A stretch of DNA of 61,715 nt, the filler included, from Sphacelaria rigidula (lineage: Eukaryota): assembly GCA_964200075.2 (NCBI GenBank). It is 5 parts of 5 records of this genome, joined end to end, with 100 filler letters (N's around TTAATTAATTAA, not from the genome) between each part and the next. Parts side by side here need not be neighbours in the genome. Positions count along the whole stretch, not along the records: positions 37,092 to 49,353 come from CAXNAA020003948.1; positions 49,454 to 61,715 come from CAXNAA020003949.1; 3 more parts are not named here. One strand, 5' to 3'. Below, piece by piece: positions 37,092-50,315 of the stretch. Within the stretch, counting starts at the first letter, position 1. Each line of letters opens with the position of its first letter. The notes beneath the pieces were generated by a model. It was not told the origin of the DNA. It ran no database searches and saw only the letters and a list, made by a program, of their open reading frames with translations. The position numbers and the translations under genes are program-made.

Positions 37092-40000
37092 GGACAAAGA
37101 CATGAAATAGAGAAGCTAACCCTCCTTTTCATTTAACCTACTCTAACACAGCCCGAACATAGACATGCAATAGAGAAGATCAGCCTCCTTTTCATTTAGC
37201 CTACTATAACACAGCCCGGACATAGACATGACATAAAGAAGCTAACCCTTTTTTTCATTGAGCCTACTATAACACAGCTCGGACATAGACATGAAATAGA
37301 GAAGCGAACCCTCCTTTGTATTTAGCCTACTAGAACACAGCCCGGACATGTACATGAAATAGAGAAGCTAAGCCTACTTGTCATTTCACCTACTATAACA
37401 CAACCCGGACATAGACATGGAATAGAGCGGCTAACCGTCCTTTGTATTTGACCTACGATAACACAGCTCGGACATAGACATGGTATGAAGAGGCTAACCC
37501 TACTTTTCATTCAGCCTACGATAACACAGCCTGGACATAGACATGACATAGAGAAGCTGAGCCTACTTTTGATTTAGCCTACTGGAACACAGCCTGGACA
37601 TAGACATGAAATAGAGAAGCTAAGCCTACTTTTCATTCAACCCCCTATAACACAGCCCGGACTCAGACATGAAATAGAGAAGCTGAACCCTCCTTTTCAT
37701 TTTACCTACTATAACACAGCCCGAACATAGACATGCAATAGAAAAGCTAACCCTCCTTTTCATTGAGCCTACTATAACACAGCCCGGACAGAGACATGAC
37801 ATAGAGAAGCTAAGCCTCTTTTTCATTTAGCCCACAATAACACAGCCTGGACATAGACATGAAATAGAGACGCTAACCCTCCTTTTCATTTCATCTACTA
37901 TAACACAGCCCGAACATAGATATAAAATAGAGCAGCTAACCGTCCTCTGTATTTAGCCCACTAGAACACAGCCCGGACATAGACATGAAATAGAGAAGCG
38001 AACCCTCCTTTGTATTTAACCTACTAGAACACAGCCCGGACATAGACATGAAATAGAGAAGCTAAGCCTACTTTTCATTTCATCTACTAGAACATAGCCC
38101 GGACACAGACGTGAAATAGAGAAGTTAACCCCCCTTTGTATTCGACCTGCTGTAACACAACCCGGACATAGACATGATATAAAGAGGCTAACCCTCCTTT
38201 CATTTAGCCCACAATAACACAGCCTGGACATAGACATGTAATAGAGAAGGTAACCCTCCTTTTCATCTCATCTACTAGAACACAGCCTGGACATAGACAT
38301 GAAACAGAGAAACTAAGCCTCGTTCTCATTCAACCTACTATAACAGAGCTCGGACATAGACATGAAATAGAGAAGCTAACCCTCCTTTGTATTTACCCTA
38401 CTATAACACAGCCCGGACATAGACATGAAATAGAGAAGCTAACCCTTCTTTTCGAATCACCTACTAGAACACAGCCCGAACATAGACATGAAATAGATAA
38501 GCTAAGCCTACTTCTCATTTCACCTACAAGAACACAGCCCGGACACAGACGTGAAATAGAGAAGCTAACCCTCCTTTCATTTAGCCTACGATAACACAGC
38601 CTGGACAAAGACATGAAATAGAAAAGCTGACCCTCCTTTTCATTTAACCTGCTATAACACAGCCCGAACATAGACATGCGATAGAGAAGATCAGCCTCCT
38701 TATCATTTAGCCTACGATAACACAGCCCGGACATAGACATGACATAGAGAAGCTAACCCTCATCTTCATTTAGCCCACAATAACACAGCCTGGACATAGA
38801 CATGTAATAGAGAAGGTAACCCTCCTTTTCATTTCACCTTCTATGACACAGCCCGAACATAGATATAAAATAGAGAAGCTAACCCTACTTTTCATTCAGC
38901 CTACTTTAACACAGCCCGGACATAGACATGAAATAGAGAAGCTAACCCTCCTTTTCATTTCATCTACTATAACACAGCCCGAACATAGATATAAAATAGA
39001 GCAGCTAACCCTCCTTTTCATTTAGCCTACTATAACACAGCCCGGACACAGACATGACACAGAAAAGCTAACCCTCGTTCTCATTTAGCCTACAAGAACA
39101 CAGCCCAGACATAGACATGGAATAGAGAAGCGAACCCTCCTTTGTATTTAACCTACTATAGCACAGCCCGGACATAGACATGAAGCAGAGAACCAACCCT
39201 ACTTTACATTTAACCCATTATAACACAGCTCGAGCATAGAAATGCAATATAGAAGCTGACCCTCCCTTACATATAACCTACTAAAACACAGCCCGGACAT
39301 AGACATGAAATAGAGAAGTAACCCTCATTTTCATCGAGCCTACTATAACACAGCCTGGACATAGACATGGAATAGAGAGGCTAACCGTCCTTTGTTTTTA
39401 ACGTACGATAACACAGCTCGGACATAGACATGATAAAGAGAATATAACCCTACTTTCCATCCAACCCCCTATAACACAGCCCGGACACGGACATGAAAAA
39501 GAGAAGCTGACCCTCCTTTTCATTCAACCTACTATAACACAGCCCGAACATAGACATGCAATAAAGAAGCTTACCCTCCCTTTCATTTAGCCTACTTTAA
39601 CACAGCCCGGACATAGACATGACATAGAGAAGCTAACCCTCCTTTTCATTTCACCTACTATAACACAGCCCGAACATAGATATAAAATAGAGAAGCTAAC
39701 CCTCCTTTTCATTTCACCTACTATAACACAGCCCGGACACAGACATGAAACAGAAAAGCTAACCCTCGTTCTCATTTAGCCTACAAGAACACAGCCCAGA
39801 CATAGACATGGAATAGAGAAGCCAACCCTCCTTTGTATTTAACCTACTATGGCACAGCCCGGACATAGACATGAAACAGAGAACTAACCCTACTTTTCAT
39901 TCAGCCTACTATATCACAGCTCGGACATAGACATGCAATAGAGAAGCTGACCCTCCCTCACATATAACCTACTATAACACAGCCCGGACATAGACATGAA

Positions 40001-43000
40001 ATAGAGAAGTATCCCTCATTTTCATCGAGCCTACTAGAACACAACCCGGACATAGACATGTAATAAAGAGGCTGACCGTCCTTTGTATTTCACCTTTGAT
40101 AACACAGCTCGGACATAGACATGATAAAGAGAAGATTAGGGGTTAGGGTTAGGGGTTTAGGGTTAGCTAACCCTAACCCTAACCCTAACCCATTTAGCCT
40201 ACTACAGCCCGGACACAGACATGAAATAGAGAAGCTGACCCTCCTTTTCATTCAACCTACTACAACACAGCCCGAACATAGACATGCAATAGAGAAGCTA
40301 ACCCTACTTTTCATTGAGCCTACTATAACACAGCCCGGACATAGACATGACATAGAGAAGCTAAGCCTACTTTTCATTTAGCCCACAATAACACAGCCTG
40401 GACATCGACATGAAATAGAGAAGCTAACCCTCCTTTTCATTTCACCTACTGTAACACAGCCCGAACATAGATATAAAATAGAGAAGCTAACCCTCCTTTT
40501 CATTTAGCCTACTACAGCCCGGACACAGACATGAAACAGAGAAGCAACCCTCGTTCTCATTTACCCCACTAAAACACAGCCCAGACATAGACATGGAATA
40601 GAGAAGCGAACCCTCCTTTTCATCGAGCCTACTATAACACAGCCCGGACATAGACATAAAATAGAGGAGTAACCCTCCTTTTCATCGAGCCTACTATAAC
40701 ACAACCCGGACATAAACATGGAATGAAGGAGCTAACCGTCCTTTTGATTTAACCTACGATAACACAGCTCGGACATAGACATGGTAAAGAGAAGCTAAGC
40801 CTACTTTTCATTCAGCCTACGATAACACAGCCTGGACATAGACATGACATAGAGAAGCTAACCCTCCTTTTCATTGAGCCTACTGTAACACAGCCCAAAC
40901 ATAGACATGAAATAGAGAAGCTAACCCTCCTTTTCATTGAGCCTACTGTAACACAGCCCAAACATGGACATGAAATAGAGAAGCCAACCCTACTTTTCAT
41001 TTCACCTACTATAACACAGCCCGAACATAGATAAAAAATAGAGAAGCTAACCCTCCTTTTCATTTAGCCTACTACAGCCCGGACACAGACATGAAACAGA
41101 GAAGCAACCCTCGTTCTTATTTAGCCTACTAAAACACAGCCAAGACATAGACATGGAATAGAGAAGCGAACCCTCCTTTTCATCGAGCCTACTATAACAC
41201 AGCCCGGACATAGACATAAAATAGAGAAGCGAACCCTCCTTTTCATCGAGCCTACTATAACACAACCCGGACATAGACATGGAATGAAGGAGCTAACCGT
41301 CCTTTTTATTTCACCTACGATAACACAGCTCGGACATAGACATGAAACAGAGAACTAACCCTACTTTTCATTTGACCTACAATAACACAGCTCGGACATA
41401 GACATGCAATAGAGAAGCTGACCCTCCCTAACATATAACCTACTATAACACAGCCCGGACATGGACATGAAACAGAGGAGCTAACCTTACTTTTCATTCA
41501 ACCTACTATAACACAGCTCGGACATAGGCATGAAATGAGAAGCAAACCCTCCTTTGTATTTAGCCTACTATAATACAGCCCGGACATAGACATGAAATGG
41601 AGAAGCTAACCCTCCTTTTCATTTCACCTACTATAACACAGACCAAACATAAATATAAGATAGAGAAGCTAACCCTCCTTTTCATTTAGCCTACTACAGC
41701 CCGGACACAGACATGAAACAGAGAAGCAACCCTCGTTCTCATTTAGCCTTCTAAAACACAGCCCAGACATGGACATGGAATCAAGAAGTAACCCTCCTTT
41801 TCATTGAGCCAACTATAACACAACCCGGACATAGACATGGAATAGAGAGGCTAACCGTCCTTTGTATTTAACCTACGATAACACAGCTCGGACATAGACA
41901 TGGTAAAAAGAAGCTAAGCCTACTTTTCATTCAGCCTACGATAACACAGCCTGGACATAGACATGACATAGAGAAGCTAACCCTCCTTTTAATTGAGCTT
42001 ACTCAAACACAGCCCAAACATAGACTTGAAATAGAGAAGTAACCCTCATTTTTATTGAGCCTACTTGAACACAGCCTGGACATAGACATGATAAAGAGAA
42101 GCTAAGCCTACTTTTCATTCAGCCTACTATAACACAGCCCGAACATGGACATGAAATAGAGAAGTAACCCTCATTTTTATTGAGCCTACTATAACACAGC
42201 CCGGACATAGACATAAAATAGAGGAGTAACCCTCCTTTTCATCGAGCCTACTATAACACAACCCGGACATAGACATGGAATGAAGGAGCTAACCGTCCTT
42301 TTTATTCCACCTACGATAACACAGCTCGGACATAGACATGGTAAGGAGAAGCTAAGCCTACTTTTCATTCAGCCTACGATAACACAGCCTGGACATAGAC
42401 ATGACATAGAGAAGCTAACCCTCCTTTTCATTGAGCCTATTATAACACAGCCCAAACATAGACATGAAATAGAGAAGTATCCCTCATTTTTATAGAGCCT
42501 ACTATAACACAACCCGGACATAAACATGGAATAGAGAGGCTAACCGTCCTTTGTATGTAACCTACGATAACACAGCTCGGACATAGACATGGTAAAGAGA
42601 AGCTAAGCCTACTTTTCATTTAGCCTACGATAACACAGCCTGGACATAGACATGAAATAGATAAGCTAACCCTCCTTTTCATTGAGCCTACTATAACACA
42701 GCCCGGACACAGACATGAAATAGAGAAGCTGACCCTCCTTTTCATTCAATCTACTATAACACAGCCCAAACATGGACATGCAATATAGAAGCTAACCCTC
42801 CTTTTCTTTTAGCCTACTATAACACAGCCCGGACATAGACATGACATAGAGAAGCTAAGCCTACTTTTCTTTTAGCCCACAATAACACAGCCTGGACATA
42901 GACATGAAATAGAGAAGCTAACCCTCCCCTTCATTTCACCTAGTATAACACAGCCCGAACATAGATATAAAATTGAGAAGCTAACCCTCCTTTTCATTTA

Positions 43001-46000
43001 GCCTACTAGAACACAGCCCGAACACAGACATGGAACAGGAAAGCCAACCCTCGTTCTCATTTAGCCTACTAGAACACTGCCCAGACATAGACATGAAATA
43101 TAGAAGCGAACCCTCCTTTGTATTCAACCTACTATAGCACAGCCCGGACAAAGACATGAAACAGAGAACTAACCCTACTTTTCATTTAACCTACTATAAC
43201 ACAGCTCAGACATTGACATGCAATAGAGAAGCTGATCCTCCTTTTTATTTAACCTACTATAACACAGCCCGGACATGGACATGAAACAGAGGAGCTAACC
43301 CTACTTTTCATTTAACCTACTATAACACAGCTAGGACATAGGCATGAAATGAGAAGCAAACCCTCCTTTGTATTTAGCCTTCTATAATACAGCCCGGACA
43401 TAGACATGAAATGGAGAAGCTAACCCTCCTTTTCATTTCACCTACTATAACACAGACCAAACATAAATATAAAATAGAGAAGCTAACCCTCCTTTTCATT
43501 TAGCCTACTACAGCCCGGACACAGACATGAAACAGAGAAGCAACCGTCGTTCTCATTTAGCCTACTAGAACACAGCCCAGACATGGACATGAAATAGAGA
43601 AGCGAACCCTCCTTTTCATCGAGCCTACTATAACACAACCCGGACATAAACATGGAATAGAGAGGCTAACCGTCCTTTGTATTTAACCAACGATAACACA
43701 GCTCGGACATAGACATGGTAAAGAGAAGCTAAGCCTACTTTTTATTCAGCCTACGATAACACAGCCTGGACATAGACATGACATAGAGAAGCTAACCCTC
43801 CTTTTAATTGAGCTTACTATAACACAGCCCAAACATAGACTTGAAATAGAGAAGTAACCCTCATTTTTATTGAGCCTACTTGAACACAGCCTGGACATAG
43901 ACATGACATAGAGAAGCTAAGCCTACTTTTCATTGAGCCTACTATAACACAGCCCAAACATGGACATGAAATAGAGAAGTAACCCTCATTTTTATTGAGC
44001 CTACTATAACACAACCTGGACATAGACATGACATAGAGAAGCCAACCCTCCTTTTCATTCCACCTACTATAACACAGCCCGAACATAGATATAAAATAGA
44101 GAAGCTAACCCCCCTTTTCATTTAGCCTACTACAGCCCGGACACAGACATGAAACAGAGAAGCAACCCTCGTTCTCATTTAGCCTACTAAAACACAGCCC
44201 AGACATAGACATGGAATAGAGAAGCGAACCCTTCTTTTCATCGAGCCTACTATAACACAGCCCGGACATAGACATAAAATAGAGGAGTAACCCTCCTTTT
44301 CATCGAGCCTACTATAACACAACCCGGACATAGACATGGAATGAAGGAGCTAACCGTTCTTTTTATTTCACCTACGATAACACAGCTCGGACATAGACAT
44401 GGTAAAGAGAAGCTACGCCTACTTTTCATTCAGCCTACGATAACACAGCCTGGACATAAACATGACATAGGGAAGCTAACCCTCCTTTTCATTTCACCTA
44501 CTAGAACACAGCCCAAACATAGACATGAAATAGAGAAGTAACCCTCATTTTTATTGAGCCTACTATAACACAACCCGGACATAAACATGGAATAGAGAGG
44601 CTAACCGTCCTTTGTATTCAACCTACGATAACACAGCTCGGACATAGACATGGTAAAGAGAAGCTAAGCCTACTTTTCATTCAGCCTACGATAACACAGC
44701 CTGGACATAGACATGAAATAGATAAGCTAACCCTCCTTTTCATTGAGCCTACTATAACACAGCCCGGACACAGACATGAAATAGAGAAGCTGACCCTCCT
44801 TTTCATTCAACCTGCTATAACACAGCCCAAACATGGACATGCAATATAGGAGCTAACCCTCCTTTTCTTTTAGCCTACTATAACACAGCCCGGACATAGA
44901 CATGACATAGAGAAGCTAAGCCTACTTCTCATTTAGCCCACAATAACACAGCCTGAACATAGACATGAAAAAGAGAAGCTAACCCTCCTTTTCATTTCAC
45001 CTACTATTACACAGCCCGAACATAGATATAAAATAGAGAGGCTAACCCTCCTTTTCATTTAGCCTACTAGAACACAGGCCGAACACAGACATGAAACAAA
45101 AAAGCCAACCCTCGTTCTCATTTAGCCTACTAGAACACTGCCCAGACATAGACATGAAATATAGAAGCGAACCCTCTTTTGTATTCAACCTACTATAGCA
45201 CAGCCCGGACAAAGACATGAAACAGAGAACTAACCCTACTTTTCATTTAACCTACTATAACACAGCTCGGACATAGACATGCAATAGAGAAGCTGACCCT
45301 CCCTCACATATAACCTACTATAACACAGCCCGGACATAGACATCAAACAGAGGAGCTAACCCTCCTTTGTATTTCACCTACTATAACACAGCTAGGACAT
45401 AGGCATGAAATGAGAAGCAAACCCTCCTTTGTATTTAGCCTACTATAATACAGCCCGGACATAGACATGAAATGGAGAAGCCAACCCTCCTTTTCATTTC
45501 ACCTACTATAACACAGACCGAACATAGATAAAAAATAGAGAAGCTAACCCTCCTTTTCATTTAGCCTACTACAGCCCGGACACAGACATGAGACAGAGAA
45601 GCAACCCTCGTTCTCATTTAGCCTACTAGAACACAGCCCAGACATAGACATGGAATAGAGAAGCGAACCTTCCTTTTCATCGAGCCTACTATAACACAAC
45701 CCGGACATAGACATGGAATAGAGAGGCTAACCGTCCTTTGTATTTAACCTACGATAACACAGCTCGGACATAGACATGGTAAAGAGAAGCTAAGCCTACT
45801 TTTTATTCAGCCTACGATAACACAGCCTGAACATAGACATGACATAGAGAAGCTAACCCTCCTTTTCATTGAGCCTACTATAACACAGCCCAAATATAGA
45901 CTTGAAATAGAGAAGTAACCCTCATTTTTATTGAGCCTACTTGAACACAACCTGGACATAGACATGGAATAGAGAGGCTAACCGTCCTTTGAATTTCACC

Positions 46001-49000
46001 TACAATAACACAGCTCGGACATAGACATGGTAAAGAGAAGCTAAGCCTACTTTTCATTCAGCCTACGATAACACAGCCTGGACATAGACATGACATAGAG
46101 AAGATAACCCTACTTCTCATTGAGCCTACTATACCACAGCCCAAACATAGACATGAAATGAAGAAGTAACCCCCATTTTTTTAGAGCCTACTATAGCACA
46201 ACCCGGACATAGACATGGAATAGAGAGGCTAACCGTCCTTTGTATTTAGCCTACTAAAACACAGCTCGGACATAGACATGGTAAGGAGAAGCTAAGCCTA
46301 CTTTTCATTCAGCCTACGATAACACAGCCTGGACATAGACATGACATAAAGGAGCTAACCCTCCTTTTCATTGAGCCTACTATAACACAGCCCAAACATG
46401 GACATGAAATAGAGAAGTAACCCTTCTTCTCATTGAGCCTACTATAACACAACCCGGACATAGACATGGAATAGAGAGGCTAACCGTCCTTTGTATTCAA
46501 CCTACGATAACACAGCTCGGACATAGACATGGTGAAGAGAAGCTAAGCCTACTTTTCATTCAGCCTACTAGAATACAGCTTGGACATAGACATGAAATAG
46601 ATAAGCTAACCCTCCTTTTCATTCAACCTCCTATAACACAGCCCGGACACAGACATGAAATAGAGAAGCTGACCCTCCTTTTCATTCAACCTACTATAAC
46701 ACAGCCCAAACATGGACATGCAATATAGAAGCTAACCCTCCTTTTCATTTAGCCTACTATAACACAGCCCGGACATAGACATGACATAGAGAAGCTAAGC
46801 CTACTTTTTATTTAGCCCACAATAACACAGCCTGAACATAGACATGAAATAGAGAAGCTAACCCTCCGTTTCATTTCACGTACTATAACACAGCCCGAAC
46901 AGAGATATAAAGTAGAGGAGCTAACCCTCCTTTTCATTTAGCCTACTAGAACACAGCCCGAACACAGACATGAAACAAAAAAGCCAACCCTCGTTCTCAT
47001 TTAGCCTACTAGAACACTGCCTAGACATAGACATGAAATATGGAAGGGAACCCTCCTTTGTATTCAACCTACTATAGCACAGCCCGGACATAGACATGGA
47101 ACAGAGAACTAACCCTACTTTTCATTTCACCTACTATAACACAGCTCGGACATAGACATGCAATAGGGAAGCTGACCCTCCCTTACATATAACCTACTAT
47201 AACACAGCCCGGACATAGAGATGAAACAGAGGAGCTAACCCTCCTTCGTATTTAACCTACTATAACACAGCTCGGACATAGGCATGAAATGAGAAGCAAA
47301 CCCTCCTTTGTATTTAGCCTACTATAATACAGCCCGGACATAGACATGAAATATAGAACTAACCCTACCTTTCATTTAACCTACTATAACACAGCTCGGA
47401 CATAGACATGCAATAGGGAAGCTGACCCTCCCTTACATATAACCTACTATAACACAGCCCGGACATAGACATGAAACAGAGGAGCAAACCCTCCTTTGTA
47501 TTTAACCTACTATAACACAGCTCGGACATAGGCATGAAATGAGAAGCAAACCCTCCTTTGTATTTAGCCTACTATAATACAGCCCGGACATAGACATGAA
47601 ATAGAGAAGCCAACCCTCCTCTTCATTTCACCTACTATAACACAGCCCGAACATAGATATAAAATTGAGAAGCTAACCCTCGTTCTCATTTAGCCTACTA
47701 GAACACAGCCGAGACATAGACATGAAACAGAGAACTAACCCTACTTTTCAGTTAACCTACTATAACACAGCTCGGACATAGACATGCAATAGAGACGCTG
47801 ACCCTCCCTTACATATAACCTACTATAACACAGCCCGGACATAGACATGAAACAGAGGAGCTAACCGTCCTTTGTATTTAACCTACTATAACACAGCCTG
47901 GACATAGGCATGATATGAGAAGCAAACCCTCCTTTGTATTTAGCCTACTATAATACAGCCCGGACATAGACATGGCATAGAGAAGCCAACCCTCCTTTTT
48001 ATTTCACCTACTATAACACAGCCCGAACATAGATATAAAATTGAGAAGCTAACCCTCCTTTTCATTTAGCCAACTACAGCCCGGACACAGACATTAAACA
48101 GAGAAGCAACCCTCGTTCTCATCTAGCCTACTAAAACACAGCCCAGACATAGACATGGAATAGAGAAGCGAACCCTCCTTCTCATCGAGCCTACTATAAC
48201 ACAGCCCGGACATAGACATGAAATAGAGGAGTAACCCTCCTTTTCATCGAGCCTACTATAATACAACCCGGACATAGACATGGAATAGAGGAGCTAACCG
48301 TCCTTTGTATTTTGCTACGATAACACAGCTCGGACATAGACATGGTAAAGGGAAGCTAAGCCTACTTTTCATTCAGCCTACGATCACACAGCCTGGACAT
48401 AGACATGACATAGAAAAGCTAACCCTCCTTTTCATTGAGCCTACTATAACACAGCCCAAACATAGACATGGAATCAAGAAGTAACACTCATTTTTATTGA
48501 GCCTACTATAACACAACCCGGACATAGACATGGAATAGAGGAGCTAACCGTCCTTTGTATTTTACCTACGATAACACAGCTCGGACATAGACATGGTAAA
48601 GAGAAGCTAAGCCTACTTTTTACTCAGCCTACGATAACACAGCCTGGACATAGACATGACATAGAGAAGCTCACCCTCCTTTTCATTGAGCCTACTATAA
48701 CAAAGCCCAAACATGAACATGAAATAGAGAAGTAACCCTCATTTTTATTGAGCCTACTATAACACAACCTGGACATAGACATGGAATAGAGAGGCTAACC
48801 GTCCATTGTATTTACTCCTACGATAACACAGCTCGGACATAGACATGGAATAGAGAAGCTAACCCTACTTTTCATTCAGCCTACGACAACACAGCCTGGA
48901 TATAGACATGACATAGAGAAGCTAAGCCTACTTTTCATTTAGCCTACGATAACACAGCCTCGAAATAGACATGACATAGAGAAGCTGAGCCTACTTCTCA

Positions 49001-49353
49001 TTTCACCTACTAGAACACAGCCTGGACATAGACATGAAATAGAGAAGCTAACCCTCCCTTTCATTCAACCTCCTATAACACAGCCCGGACATAGACATGA
49101 CATAGAGAAGCTAAGCCTACTTTTCCTTTAGCCCACAATAACACAGCCTGAACATAAACATGAAATAGAGAAGCTAACCCTTCTTTTCATTTCACCTACT
49201 GAACCACAGCCCGAACATAGATATAAAATAGAGAAGCTAACCCTACTTTTCATTCAGCCTACGACAACACAGCCTGGATATAGACATGACATAGAGAAGC
49301 TAAGCCTACTTTTCATTTAGCCTACGATAACACAGCCTCGAAATAGACATGAC
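37092..49353. repeat. Satellite DNA, 63-bp monomer, about 195 copies filling the whole contig
   Basis: Consensus CCTACTATAACACAGCCCGGACATAGACATGAAATAGAGAAGCTAACCCTCCTTTTCATTTAG; head-to-tail, single orientation, with many substitution variants and a few 58/62-bp variants. Confidence 0.97.
40136..40191. repeat. Interstitial head-to-head telomeric repeats (TTAGGG)n-(CCCTAA)n
   Basis: TTAGGGGTTAGGGTTAGGGGTTTAGGGTTAG|CTAACCCTAACCCTAACCCTAACCC, centre at 40166/40167. Confidence 0.9.
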
Positions 49354-49453
49354 NNNNNNNNNNNNNNNNNNNNNNNNNNNNNNNNNNNNNNNNNNNNTTA
49401 ATTAATTAANNNNNNNNNNNNNNNNNNNNNNNNNNNNNNNNNNNNNNNNNNNN
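49354..49453. other. Artificial contig linker (N44-TTAATTAATTAA-N44)
   Basis: Same spacer as 12267-12366. Confidence 0.95.
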
Positions 49454-50315
49454 GTTTCTAATAAGAACGTTAAATTGTCGATTTGTGATGGTACTGCACT
49501 GATTCGCAGATGCCAATGACAGGAAAGATTCATAATGCTGTTCGACAGAATCTTCGAACGCTTGAACGGACCCAAAGCGGACACTTTCCTTGGGGTTAGA
49601 CAGTTTGTACCTGAACCTGAGAAAAGATTGGATGAAACTTTCGGCCTTCCTCTCTGACCCTGCGGTTACATACATACGTGGATTTTTAGCACCATGAATC
49701 CACCGTTATCATGCATATGCAGGACACGTCATTCCTGACCAGCCTCATTGGTCGTTCTGGAGGCCCAATCCCAAAAGGTTCAAGGTTTCTTTAAAATGCC
49801 GGTAAATCATGAAAAAATAAAGTCTTGAGGTCCTTTTTTCCGGCACAGGACCCATACATGAGGATAACTTTATAGTGGAATAAATTATTTGCGCGACGCG
49901 CGATTATGTCCGAGCGTTCAAGATCGGCACCCGGCAAACACTGAGGACCCGTTCAAAATCAGCCGAAGAGCTAAAACATGGGGCATGTCTTGCTTCACTG
50001 TACTGCAGCACAAACACACTCACGTGCGCTCTCATGTGCTGAAGCTATCACTGTTCTGTGGTGTGTTTTGTTTAGACCTTGCGAAGACGGTTCGGTCTCC
50101 GCTGAGATTGCTTGATGTGCTGTATTGTTGTGTCCGTCTCTCTAAAACATATAGTATCAGTCGGGACGCAGTGCTGTCTACACAGTTGACTGTCTGCGTT
50201 TAAACTTCATGTTACCCGGATCCATCACTCGCGCGATACCGAACATGGCTGGGTAAAGGCACACAACCACCACAGCACCAGTATACACCGCTTGACCGGC
50301 TGGGTCAGACCTCAT
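49454..50315 (-). CDS. Possible 5' part of an unknown protein with an N-terminal hydrophobic segment; runs off the contig
   Basis: Exon 50315-50216 (MRSDPAGQAVYTGAVVVVCLYPAMFGIARVMDP, G|GTAACA) joins in phase to an exon from 49659 (CAG|GG: SERKAESFIQSFLRFRYKLSNPKESVRF...), open to the contig end. A CCAAT-like AACCAATCAG lies at 50710-50701. No family recognised. Confidence 0.35.

Noticed and set aside
37092-49353. Satellite as a CRISPR array or a 21-aa repeat protein (ITQPGHRHEIEKLTLLFIxPT)
   Set aside because: No unique spacers and no cas genes; the context is eukaryotic. Frequent stops and 58/62-bp frameshifting monomers break all frames.
24730-49353. UPF1 adjacent to or interrupted by the satellite
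   Set aside because: The two are separated by an artificial linker, so adjacency is unsupported.
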